NCBI GenBank assembly: GCA_963531145.1
Contig: CAUSEX010000001.1
Location: 7,017 to 71,016, forward strand
DNA length: 64,000 bases
Source: an uncultured Candidatus Saccharibacteria bacterium
Lineage (GTDB): Bacteria > Patescibacteriota > Saccharimonadia > Saccharimonadales > Saccharimonadaceae
Direction of reading: 5' to 3'
The notes beneath the pieces were generated by a model that was not told the origin of the DNA, searched no databases, and worked only from the letters and a program-made list of their open reading frames with translations. Below, one piece after another: positions 9,780 to 19,093 of this stretch (within the stretch, counting starts at the first letter, position 1; every line of letters starts with the position of its first letter). The translations under genes were made by a program, and so were the position numbers.

Positions 9780-11285
9780 ATGACAGAATTCGACTTCGAC
9801 GAGCTAGATCGTTCAATTACCGAGGCTATGTCCAAGAGCGGATTATTAAAAGAGGACGACCAACATGCTGAGACACCAACGCCGCCGGCTGTCTCTACGC
9901 CTTCAAATCCTTCCTCTAATACTGCGCCAGTTTCAGTTGAGCCTAATAAATTAGCTCCTGGTCCTGGTCCAGTTGCGAATATGACGGCTTCGCCCTCGCC
10001 GGCCGCAACGGTTGGTGTCGCTAAGCAGCCAAGTTCATCTTTATCAACAGCTAGCGTACCGGTTTCGGCTGCAGTTCCAGCACAGCCAGCTGTTGGGGTG
10101 TCTACCGCTCAGATTCAGACTTTGCCAACAAATGGTGCTTCAGCTTCGACTGGTGTGTCGGTCGCCTCTCAGGCTTCTACTGCTGTTCAAAATTCGGCTC
10201 TAAATAGTTCAGTACCGTCGCCAGCTCCCCAGCCGTTGCCGCAAGCCGCAACACCGCCGCAGGTAGTGGCAATTGGCGGAGCTGTGCCAGTCCGATCGGG
10301 ATTACCAAAAAAAATGAAGACTAAGAGTCGCGGCCGTTTCATGGACATAGTTAGTTCGCAGCCAGGTGTCAACAAACACCCCGCCAGCAAAGTTAAGTAT
10401 TCTACGATGCCGGCACAGTCGTTAAGTAATGTATCATCTAATATTTCTGGCGGCTCGTCTCAACAATTAGGGTCAACTGGCCAGCGAAGCGCTCAGCGTC
10501 TTGCTGCTAGTTCTACTCAGTTTAGTTCTAACGAAAATGTAGCAGCAAATACAAATAACGTTTCTAGCGAACTGCAATCGTCTGAATCGCGAGTTTTTCA
10601 CGGTAGCAGCGCATTGTCTCAAGCTTCACAGTCTAATCCTGGTTTTGAAGACAAAAATGATTATGATGAAGCAGACGACAGCAAAAACGAAAAAAGATCG
10701 TATTCTATCGGCGGTACACACGGTAGGGATATTGCACCGTCTGCCGAGCTTGTTGAGTCGCTACAGAAAGACGCGCAAGATGCTAGCAACGAGATTGGCT
10801 TTTCGCAAGCAGAATCGCGAGCTAACGACATTCAATCAATTGAGGACGCTTCAGCCGAAAACGATGAAGATGACGCTAGAATACAAGACGCGCCAGCTCC
10901 TAAAAAACATCGGTTTATGCCAATTGGCGGCAAGCCAAAGCCTGTTGAAAAAACTCTTAACCCTCCTGCTGCCGAAGCTCCTGTTGCTAATATAGAAAAT
11001 GCGAGCGAGCAACCCGAGCAACTAGCTGAACCTCTGACAAATCAGACGGTAGATTCGCCTGTACAGTCCGCTACTACAGAACCAGATCCGCCCCGCGAGC
11101 AAACTATCGACGAGATTGAATCAGGCGCTATTTATGACACTTCTGAGTATTACACTGAATTCAAAGACGACAAGAAACATAAGCAGTCGCGCCATTCAGG
11201 CTTAAAGTGGTTTTTGGTGATTATAGTGTTCTTGGCCTTGGGCGCACTAGCTGGCGCTGGGTATTTCTTCCTGACTCGCTACTAA
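9780..11285 (+). CDS. Hypothetical low-complexity protein with C-terminal membrane anchor
   Basis: 501 aa Ser/Pro/Ala-rich then acidic; basic patch followed by a hydrophobic helix at the C-terminus. Confidence 0.8.
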   Translation: MTEFDFDELDRSITEAMSKSGLLKEDDQHAETPTPPAVSTPSNPSSNTAPVSVEPNKLAPGPGPVANMTASPSPAATVGVAKQPSSSLSTASVPVSAAVPAQPAVGVSTAQIQTLPTNGASASTGVSVASQASTAVQNSALNSSVPSPAPQPLPQAATPPQVVAIGGAVPVRSGLPKKMKTKSRGRFMDIVSSQPGVNKHPASKVKYSTMPAQSLSNVSSNISGGSSQQLGSTGQRSAQRLAASSTQFSSNENVAANTNNVSSELQSSESRVFHGSSALSQASQSNPGFEDKNDYDEADDSKNEKRSYSIGGTHGRDIAPSAELVESLQKDAQDASNEIGFSQAESRANDIQSIEDASAENDEDDARIQDAPAPKKHRFMPIGGKPKPVEKTLNPPAAEAPVANIENASEQPEQLAEPLTNQTVDSPVQSATTEPDPPREQTIDEIESGAIYDTSEYYTEFKDDKKHKQSRHSGLKWFLVIIVFLALGALAGAGYFFLTRY

Positions 11286-11301
11286 CGCGATATAATAACT
11301 A

Positions 11302-13416
11302 ATGATGGATATACTTGATGGTCTTAATGACGCGCAGAAAGCAGCTGTCGCTTATACAGACGGTCCGTTGTTGGTTTTGGCGGGCGCTGGCAGCGGCAAA
11401 ACCAAAACCTTAACCCACCGCATAGCTTATCTATTGACACACGAAAGAGTCTGGCCGAACGAAATTCTGGCGGTGACATTTACTAATAAAGCGGCTCGCG
11501 AGATGCGCGAGCGCTTGGCGGCTTTGATCGATCAGCCTAATACGCGGCAATTCATGCCGTGGATGGGTACATTTCACGGGATTTGCGTGCGAATTTTGCG
11601 GCGCGACGGGCCGGCGATTGGTGTGCCGTCGAATTTTATTATTTATGATGAAGCCGACCGTCAAGGATTGATCAAGCAAGCGATGAAACAGCTGTCAATC
11701 GCTCCAGATAAACTCAAACCACGTTCAGTTAGCGCGGCAATTTCTAACGCTAAAAATGATTTACTCACGCCAGATGATTACGCGGCAGCTGCGCAATATC
11801 CAAATCAGCAGCATATCGCTAAGATTTATGATAGGTACGAGCAACTACGTAGCGAGGCTGGCGCGCTAGATTTCGATGATTTGTTGATCGAGACGGTGCG
11901 TTTGCTGCGCGATGCCAGTGAAATTCACCAAAAGTATCGCCAGTATTTCAAGCATATTCTCATTGACGAGTACCAAGACACTAACGCTGCGCAGTATGCT
12001 ATCGTTAAGTACTTAGTCAACGATGCGCGTAATATTTGCGTGGTCGGCGACGATTGGCAGTCGATTTACAGCTGGCGCGGGGCGGATTTCAAAAATATTC
12101 TTAATTTTGAACGGGACTTTCCTGGCGCAAAGGTAATCAAACTGGAACAAAACTATCGTTCAACAGGTGCTATCCTAGAGGCGGCGCAAAAGGTTATTGC
12201 CAAGAATGTTGAGCGGACTGACAAAAATCTCTGGACAGCGGCTGGCAATGGTGCGCCAGTACAAGTTCAGGCGGTACGCGATGAGTCCGAGGAGGCTTAC
12301 GTGGTGGCAAGTCGTATTGCGGCTCAAACCTCGATTGGTGCTCGCCGCTACGGTGATTTTGCAGTATTGTATCGTACTAATGCGCAGAGTTTTGCTTTTG
12401 AACGTGCCTTCATGCAGCAAAGAATTCCATATCAATTGGTTGGCGGCGTGCGCTTTTATGATCGCAAAGAAATCAAGGACATTATCGCCTACTTGCGTTT
12501 ATTGTATCAACCGAACGACCGGATGAGCTTTAGTCGAATTGCCAATGTGCCAGCTCGCGGTATCGGCGCGACTAGTCTAGAGAAATTCTTACGATGGCAA
12601 AACGATAACAATATGGACATCATCGCTTCGCTGGTGAATGTCGAGCAAACTAGCGTTTTGACGCCGCGCGCCAAAAAATCGTTGCTACACCTGGGCGAGA
12701 TTTTGCGCGAATTGCAGGCGCTTGTTCTTTCTGATACTAGTCCAAGCGATATTATTGAAAAGCTACTTGAAAAGATTGCTTATCGAGATTATGTCATCGA
12801 TGGAACACCGCAGGCTGAAGAGCGTGATGATAATTTGAGCGTACTCATAGCGGACGCTAAATCTTTCGCGACATTGCCAGACTTTCTCGAAGAGGCAGCG
12901 CTAATGAGCAGCGTCGATCAGCAAAGTGATGGCGAAAAGGTCACATTAATGACCTTGCATGCCGCTAAAGGACTGGAATTTCCGGTGGTTTTCATGGTCG
13001 GTATGGAGGATGGCTTATTTCCGAGCGAGCGAGCGCTTGAAGAGGGTCCGCGCAATCTCGAGGAGGAGCGGCGCTTGTGCTACGTGGGTATGACGCGGGC
13101 GCGTGAAGAGCTATATCTGTTGTACGCGCAGAGCCGTGCGCAATTCGGCCTGCGATCGTACAATCAGCCGTCGCGTTTTCTCGACGATATGGGCATGGGA
13201 TTGTTCGCGGTTGAACCTAACGCTATTGATTCGAGTCCAGTTTATAATGATTTTGATGAGCCAGTAATGAACTATGATATTGGCGATCGAGTGCGCTCGC
13301 TGCAATTTGGTGATGGCGAGATCATTGACATTGATGGCTTGGCAGTTAGCGTGAAGTTCGATAACGGTGCTGTCAAAAAGCTCAACGTTGAATACGCTCG
13401 CCTCGAGAAGCTGTAG
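11302..13416 (+). CDS. pcrA: UvrD/PcrA ATP-dependent DNA helicase
   Basis: LAGAGSGKT, TFTNKAA, IDEYQDTN, VGDDWQSIYSWRGA, LEQNYRS, TLHAAKGLEF, YVGMTRA. Confidence 0.97.
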   Translation: MMDILDGLNDAQKAAVAYTDGPLLVLAGAGSGKTKTLTHRIAYLLTHERVWPNEILAVTFTNKAAREMRERLAALIDQPNTRQFMPWMGTFHGICVRILRRDGPAIGVPSNFIIYDEADRQGLIKQAMKQLSIAPDKLKPRSVSAAISNAKNDLLTPDDYAAAAQYPNQQHIAKIYDRYEQLRSEAGALDFDDLLIETVRLLRDASEIHQKYRQYFKHILIDEYQDTNAAQYAIVKYLVNDARNICVVGDDWQSIYSWRGADFKNILNFERDFPGAKVIKLEQNYRSTGAILEAAQKVIAKNVERTDKNLWTAAGNGAPVQVQAVRDESEEAYVVASRIAAQTSIGARRYGDFAVLYRTNAQSFAFERAFMQQRIPYQLVGGVRFYDRKEIKDIIAYLRLLYQPNDRMSFSRIANVPARGIGATSLEKFLRWQNDNNMDIIASLVNVEQTSVLTPRAKKSLLHLGEILRELQALVLSDTSPSDIIEKLLEKIAYRDYVIDGTPQAEERDDNLSVLIADAKSFATLPDFLEEAALMSSVDQQSDGEKVTLMTLHAAKGLEFPVVFMVGMEDGLFPSERALEEGPRNLEEERRLCYVGMTRAREELYLLYAQSRAQFGLRSYNQPSRFLDDMGMGLFAVEPNAIDSSPVYNDFDEPVMNYDIGDRVRSLQFGDGEIIDIDGLAVSVKFDNGAVKKLNVEYARLEKL

Positions 13417-13473
13417 CAAAATAATCAATCTTTTGCTATAATTATGACTGCGCGCTAGTTTGCGCGCCTACGT

Positions 13474-14655
13474 ATGAAAAGTATTGCGAGAATGAAATTA
13501 CGTTGGCTGATAACCGGCTCTATGTTGTTAGCTTTGGCTGGATTGTCTGTTTATACAGCAATTATGCCAAAAGCCCGGGCTGACGAGCGTAACCTAGCGG
13601 TTGGTGAGCATATCATTACCGTTCATGATGACGGTCAAAGTAAAGGATTTATTACCAAAAAACAGACCTTGCGCGAAGCTCTCGCTGAGGCAGCTATCAA
13701 ACGAGGTCGTAACGAGCGGACCGAGCCAAATATTGATGAGCGCTGGGTAGCAAATTCATATAACGTTAATATTTATCGAGCCCGAACGGTGGTTGTCAAG
13801 GATGGATCTCAGCTCACTAAAATTATTACATCGTACCGTACTGGAAAGCAGATAGTTAAACAAGCTGGCATTGCTGTACGCGATGAAGATATTCTAACCT
13901 TGTCACAGTCCAATAGTCCAATGCGCGATAGTGCAGCAGAAGTACTGTCTATTAAAAGAGCAGTCCCGTTTAACTTTGATTTTTATGGTAAAAAGGCCAC
14001 TTCTTACACGCAAGCTCAAACCATCGGCGAAATGCTAGCCGAGAAACATATCAAAATGTCTGCCAATGATATTATTATCCCGAATAAAGATACAAAAATA
14101 TCTAGAGGCATGGATGTCCGCTTGTATCGTAACGGCACGCAAACAGTTACCGTTGACGAAGATATACAGTTTGAGACTGAACAGATCAAGGATGTTAATC
14201 GCGATAAAGGATACAAAGAAATTCAAACTAAAGGGGTTAACGGCAAGCGTACAGTTACGTATGAGATTAACGTCCAAAACGGCGTTGAAGTATCACGCCG
14301 CGAGATCAATAGCAACATTATTCAGCAGCCAGTTAAGCAGGTAGAAGTTGTTGGTACTAAAGTTAGTCTGCCGGCGGGCTCGCATGAAGATTGGATGGCG
14401 GCGGCTGGTCTTTCGCCAAGCGACTATGGTTACGCTAACTTTATTTTCACTAAGGAGTCTGGTTGGCGAACAACAGCGACTAACGGCACATATTACGGCT
14501 TGGGGCAGACTAGTTTATCGAAATTGTCGAGTGCTTGTCCGAATTGGCAGGCTGATCCAGTTTGCCAAATTAGAGTGTTTAATGGTTACGCGGTAGGGCG
14601 CTATGGCAGCTGGTCGGGTGCTTATAACGCCTGGCAGGCTAAGGGCTGGTGGTAG
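13474..14655 (+). CDS. RpfB/YabE-like protein: DUF348-type repeats + G5 + lysozyme-like (Apf-type) C-terminal domain
   Basis: Signal/TM; G5-like 'IQTKGVNGKRTVTY...IIQQPVKQVEVVGTK'; C-terminal KESGW...YGLGQ...RYGSW...GWW. Confidence 0.82.
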   Translation: MKSIARMKLRWLITGSMLLALAGLSVYTAIMPKARADERNLAVGEHIITVHDDGQSKGFITKKQTLREALAEAAIKRGRNERTEPNIDERWVANSYNVNIYRARTVVVKDGSQLTKIITSYRTGKQIVKQAGIAVRDEDILTLSQSNSPMRDSAAEVLSIKRAVPFNFDFYGKKATSYTQAQTIGEMLAEKHIKMSANDIIIPNKDTKISRGMDVRLYRNGTQTVTVDEDIQFETEQIKDVNRDKGYKEIQTKGVNGKRTVTYEINVQNGVEVSRREINSNIIQQPVKQVEVVGTKVSLPAGSHEDWMAAAGLSPSDYGYANFIFTKESGWRTTATNGTYYGLGQTSLSKLSSACPNWQADPVCQIRVFNGYAVGRYGSWSGAYNAWQAKGWW

Positions 14656-14665
14656 GATATTTTAT

Positions 14666-14694
14666 TTGACATTTGGTATATAATTTGTTATAAT
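14666..14694 (+). promoter_or_regulatory. Consensus sigma70 promoter
   Basis: TTGACA-17 nt-TATAAT with extended TG. Confidence 0.8.
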
Positions 14695-14710
14695 ATAAAA
14701 GATACAGTGG

Positions 14711-15781
14711 GTGATTTTGAATAAAATGAGCTTAAATCGATATTATCAACGCATTTGCTGTTGTGTTTTTGGTGCGGTCTTGGCAATCTCTAGTACTGGT
14801 ATGTTATCGTTTTTTGCGAATACTGCGGCGGCAGATAGTCCAGCTGCGGTTAAAGCACAACCATCTAGTCATATAATCACCATTTACGACGGTGGCCGGG
14901 AGCAATCGATAATCACTAAGGCATCGACAGTACAGAAAGCGCTAGAAGAATTCGGCGCAAGATTGGATAAACAGCATGATATTGTCGAACCGGGTCTGGA
15001 TACACCGATTACCAACAATGGCTTCAAAATAAATATTTATCGGGCGCGGACGATAACGATAGTCGAAGGTGCTCGCCGCATGCGAGTCAATACGGCAGCG
15101 CAGACGCCAACGCAGATTGCGCAAGCTGCGGGGATTGTTTTGTATCGCGAGGATAAAGTTCGATTTACGCCGCCAGAGGATGTCGCTTTGGATGGGTCGA
15201 GCTTGCTGATGATGATTACGCGAGCAACTCGGCGTACTGTGACTGCCGAGGAAGAAATTGATTTCCCGGTTGAGCAAACACGCGACGATAGCCAGCCTCT
15301 TGGTTATCGCCAGGTAAAGCAGGCGGGAGCTAAAGGGTTGCGCAAATTGACCTATAGAGTTGAAGCGCGCGATGGTGCTGAAGTTAGCCGTCAGCAAATT
15401 TCTAGCGAAATTATCAAGCAGCCCAAAAAGCAAATTGAAGTGATCGGTACCAAGCCGAAAAATCCGCTAACCAAAGGCAAGGGCGCGCAAATATTCACCG
15501 ATTCTAAAGGCGTGGCACACCGTGAAACCTATTATGATTTACCGATGAATATTGTTGCTAACGCCTGCGGCGGCGGTGGTTATACGGTGCGGACGGATGG
15601 CGCCAAGGTGGACAAGGACGGTTATATTTTGGTGGCGGCAAATTACGGTAATTATCCGCGCTGTTCGGTAGTGGAAACCAGTATGGGTCCTGGCAAAGTG
15701 TATGATACCGGCGGCTTTGCGGCCCGGCATCCGCATGGGTTTGACCTGGCGACTGATTGGACGAACGGGGACGGACGTTAG
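14711..15781 (+). CDS. RpfB/YabE-like protein: DUF348-type repeats + G5 + 3D-like C-terminal domain
   Basis: Paralogous N-terminus to the preceding gene; G5 'KQAGAKG...KQPKKQIEVIGTK'; C-terminal LVAAN...GKVYDTGG...FDLA; start codon uncertain. Confidence 0.78.
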   Translation: MILNKMSLNRYYQRICCCVFGAVLAISSTGMLSFFANTAAADSPAAVKAQPSSHIITIYDGGREQSIITKASTVQKALEEFGARLDKQHDIVEPGLDTPITNNGFKINIYRARTITIVEGARRMRVNTAAQTPTQIAQAAGIVLYREDKVRFTPPEDVALDGSSLLMMITRATRRTVTAEEEIDFPVEQTRDDSQPLGYRQVKQAGAKGLRKLTYRVEARDGAEVSRQQISSEIIKQPKKQIEVIGTKPKNPLTKGKGAQIFTDSKGVAHRETYYDLPMNIVANACGGGGYTVRTDGAKVDKDGYILVAANYGNYPRCSVVETSMGPGKVYDTGGFAARHPHGFDLATDWTNGDGR

Positions 15782-16570
15782 ATGGTGTTAGCGCGTGGGC
15801 CGAAAAAAGAATTAGGCCAGCACTGGCTGCGCGACCCAGAAATATTGGCGGAGATTGCCGAGGCGGCGGAGCTGAGTAACGATGATGTGGTTTTGGAGAT
15901 TGGGCCGGGACTTGGCACATTGACCAGCCGGTTGTTGGCGCGAGCTCAGCGCGTAGTGGCGGTGGAGTTTGATGGGGATTTGGCGCGCAAATTACCGGGG
16001 CAATTTCCTGGCAAAAATCTGGAAGTAATCAATGAAGATATTTTGCAGTTTGATTTGAATCAGTTGCCGAAGGGCTATAAAGTAGTCGCCAATGTGCCAT
16101 ACTATATCACCAGCAAAATTGTTGAAAAGCTGATGACGGCGGAGAATAAGCCGAGCTTAGCGGTGCTGCTGGTGCAAAAAGAAGTTGCTGAGCGTATCGC
16201 GGCGGAACCCGGTGAAATGAGTATTTTGGCGGTTAGCACGCAGCTATTTGCCGAGGCGGAGCTAGACATTGAAGTACCGCGGCAATTCTTCACGCCGCCG
16301 CCAAAAGTTGATTCGCAAGTGGTGGTATTGAGAACTCGCACCGAACCACTGGTCGACCCTAGAGATCACAAAGATTTTTTCCGCATCGTCAAAGCTGGTT
16401 TTTCGGCTAAGCGTAAAAAACTGCGCTCCAGCTTGAGCGGCGGACTGGGCGTCAGTAAAGCTAACGCCGAACAGTTGCTGAAAAAGGCTAACATTTCGCC
16501 TGATGTCCGTGCTGAGGATTTGGCGATTGATGATTGGCGGCGGCTGCTCAAAGAATGGCGGGCGCGATGA
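15782..16570 (+). CDS. rsmA: 16S rRNA m6,2A dimethyltransferase
   Basis: KKELGQHWL, LEIGPGLG.LT, VANVPYYITS, QKEVAERI, FTPPPKVDS, FSAKRKKL. Confidence 0.95.
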   Translation: MVLARGPKKELGQHWLRDPEILAEIAEAAELSNDDVVLEIGPGLGTLTSRLLARAQRVVAVEFDGDLARKLPGQFPGKNLEVINEDILQFDLNQLPKGYKVVANVPYYITSKIVEKLMTAENKPSLAVLLVQKEVAERIAAEPGEMSILAVSTQLFAEAELDIEVPRQFFTPPPKVDSQVVVLRTRTEPLVDPRDHKDFFRIVKAGFSAKRKKLRSSLSGGLGVSKANAEQLLKKANISPDVRAEDLAIDDWRRLLKEWRAR

Positions 16571-17313
16571 TTGCGGCAGATCAGCCCGTCTGCTTTCCGT
16601 CTGATCTGCTCATTGCGGTCTCGTCGAAAGACGACGGCACCATGCTCAATCGTATTCGCGGTCGTCACGTGGCTGAGGTATTGGAGAATCGGCATCGGTT
16701 TTGCGATCAAATTGGCGTTAAGTATGACGACGTTGTTTATCACGTGATTTCATATGATCGAGCGCAAACTTTTGATAATATTGCCGAAGTCACTGAAACT
16801 GACACGGTTAAATACAACAACGAGGGGATTTTTGCTGACGCGCTATATACCGAAATGGCTGGCGTCGGCTTATTTTTACCAGTGGCGGACTGTATCGCCA
16901 CCGTCATCTATGATCCAAAACGCCGCGCCCTCATGCTGGCGCATTTGGGTCGGCATTCGACGGTTGCGCAGTTGATGACAAGGGCAGTCCAGTATTTTGT
17001 CGAGCGTGGCAGCCAGGCAAAAGATTTACAAATTTGGATGTCGCCAAGCATCACACAGAAAAATTATCGTATGGATTATTTTAATCATACAAATGATACG
17101 AATTGGCACAATTTCTGCCGTCAAACGGCTGACGGAATTTATCTGGACATGCAAGGATTTAATCGTTCGTTGGCTGTCCAGTCAGGCGTTCCGGCTAATA
17201 ATATTGTCATTTCGCCAATTGATACAGCGGATGATCCAAATTATTTCTCACATTCAGCTGGTGATACAGGGGGAAGATTCGCAGTGCTAGCAGAGATAAA
17301 ATCTACTAAATAA
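16567..17313 (+). CDS. PgeF/YfiH (polyphenol oxidase/laccase-domain) family protein
   Basis: ADALYT, VADC, AHLGR, SPSI, YFSH; ATGA overlap with the rsmA stop. Confidence 0.8.
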   Translation: MIAADQPVCFPSDLLIAVSSKDDGTMLNRIRGRHVAEVLENRHRFCDQIGVKYDDVVYHVISYDRAQTFDNIAEVTETDTVKYNNEGIFADALYTEMAGVGLFLPVADCIATVIYDPKRRALMLAHLGRHSTVAQLMTRAVQYFVERGSQAKDLQIWMSPSITQKNYRMDYFNHTNDTNWHNFCRQTADGIYLDMQGFNRSLAVQSGVPANNIVISPIDTADDPNYFSHSAGDTGGRFAVLAEIKSTK

Positions 17314-17403
17314 GCTCCAAGACGTCATGGCAATGTTGCGTGCCATCTTTGATTAGCATTAGTATATTGCTAAAAAAATAAAGTATAAGTATAATGGTAC
17401 CAA

Positions 17404-18897
17404 ATGAATAGATGCTGGAAAACAAAAAGGCTGAAATTTGGATTGGCCATCAAGACATTAGCTGTGGCAATAGGTGCGTTGGCAGCGTTTTCTGGTCCGA
17501 TGTTTTATCCGCCAAAAGTTGCCGCTGACGCCATCAATGACACAGATTTTGTGTTTACTGTGGACACGCGCAAATCTGGGTCGCCAGATACTCAGTTCGT
17601 CATTCCGATAAGAGGAGGCGGATATAATTATACTATTGATTGCAATAATGATGGTACGGTCGAAGCAACCGCTCAGACTGGATCTTATACTTGCAGCTAC
17701 GCTACGCCTGGCGTATATACGATTCGTATCGGAGGTACGTTTCCAGAGTTTTATCTCAATAACAGCGGCGATAAATTGAAGATGATTTCTATTGATCAGT
17801 GGGGGAAGAATAAATGGAGATCGTTGGTAGCTTCATTTTACGGTGCTGCAAATATGGATGTAAAGGCGATTGACACTCCCGATTTGTCGCAGACTGACTC
17901 GATATACTCTGTCTTTAGAGGCAGCACTTCTCTCAAGGGTGAGAATGCTAACTGGAATTGGAACACCTCGACCATCACTAATATGGGTGGAGTGTTTAGC
18001 GATACTGAAAATTTCAATCAAAACATCGGGTCGTGGGATGTCTCTAACGTTGTTTTTGCTGGCGGTTTATTTAATAATGCGACAGCATTTAATAATGGCG
18101 GCAGCGATTCAATTAAAAACTGGAACACTGGCAAAATGACTGCAATGAATGCAATGTTCCAAAACGCAGTTAAGTTTAATCAGCCGATAGGGTCGTGGGA
18201 TGTTTCGAAAGCCGAGTTGATGAGTGAAATGTTTAATGGTGCTCGCGCTTTTAATCAATCTTTGGCGGGCTGGCGGCTAGATTCGTTAGTTTCGACAACC
18301 GGTTTGCCCAACAGCTATTGGTCTGGCGCTCCTAGAATGTTGAATAATAGCGGCTTGTCTACGAAAAATTATGATGCTACTTTGATATCTTGGAGTATTC
18401 AATCAACTAACTCGCCGCTTATACTAGGAGCCGCCGGGTTGAAATATTGCACTGCTGATGCGGCTAGAAAAAATCTAATCAAGCCAGTCGCCGACGGCGG
18501 GCATGGCTGGACTATCAATGACGATGCAAAGGAGTGTCCGAAGCATACTGTAGTTTTTGATACCCAGGGCGGAACGGCAATTGCCAACCAAGAAGTTGCT
18601 TTTACTGATAAAATTACCGCGCCAGCTGTGCCGACTCGTCAGGGTTACACCTTTGCTGGGTGGTATATGGATAACACTTTTGCGAGAGCCTGGAACTTTG
18701 CTGTCGATACCATGCCAGACAATGACTTGACCTTGTATGCAAAATGGACGAAGAACCCTGCGTCTGCCTCTACGCTGTCTCCGGAGTTGCCAAAATCGCC
18801 TGGTGTCAGACTGGCTGAAACAGGCTCAAATACAGTGTTGTTTGTCTTGGCGGCGTCTATCTTTGTAGCTTCTGGTATTGTTTTGTTCAAGAAGTAA
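17404..18897 (+). CDS. Surface protein: DUF285/BspA-type repeats + InlB B-repeat + LPXTG-like (LAETG) sorting signal
   Basis: Repeats FNQ.IGSWDVS...MF; 'FDTQGG...PTRQGYTFAGWY...LTLYAKW'; LAETG-hydrophobic-KK tail. Confidence 0.88.
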   Translation: MNRCWKTKRLKFGLAIKTLAVAIGALAAFSGPMFYPPKVAADAINDTDFVFTVDTRKSGSPDTQFVIPIRGGGYNYTIDCNNDGTVEATAQTGSYTCSYATPGVYTIRIGGTFPEFYLNNSGDKLKMISIDQWGKNKWRSLVASFYGAANMDVKAIDTPDLSQTDSIYSVFRGSTSLKGENANWNWNTSTITNMGGVFSDTENFNQNIGSWDVSNVVFAGGLFNNATAFNNGGSDSIKNWNTGKMTAMNAMFQNAVKFNQPIGSWDVSKAELMSEMFNGARAFNQSLAGWRLDSLVSTTGLPNSYWSGAPRMLNNSGLSTKNYDATLISWSIQSTNSPLILGAAGLKYCTADAARKNLIKPVADGGHGWTINDDAKECPKHTVVFDTQGGTAIANQEVAFTDKITAPAVPTRQGYTFAGWYMDNTFARAWNFAVDTMPDNDLTLYAKWTKNPASASTLSPELPKSPGVRLAETGSNTVLFVLAASIFVASGIVLFKK

Positions 18898-19093
18898 GCG
18901 AAACGTCCGTAATATAGGCAGGGAAAGCGAAAAGATGGCTTCTCTACTATTTCCAGAAAACTAGTGTCGAATCAGGAAATATCAAAGACGAAAATTAGTT
19001 CAAGATGTAGGCTCGGTTGTTGCTGGTCAGGTTTGTATTGCGGGATGATAATGTGCTAGTAAACTTCTGTCGCCTCTGATATACTTAGAAGCA

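Noticed and set aside
17900..18290. Repeated TCGGGTCGTGGGATGT / TTTAAT-like units
   Set aside because: Coding repeats of the DUF285 protein, not a CRISPR array; no regular repeat-spacer structure or cas genes in the window
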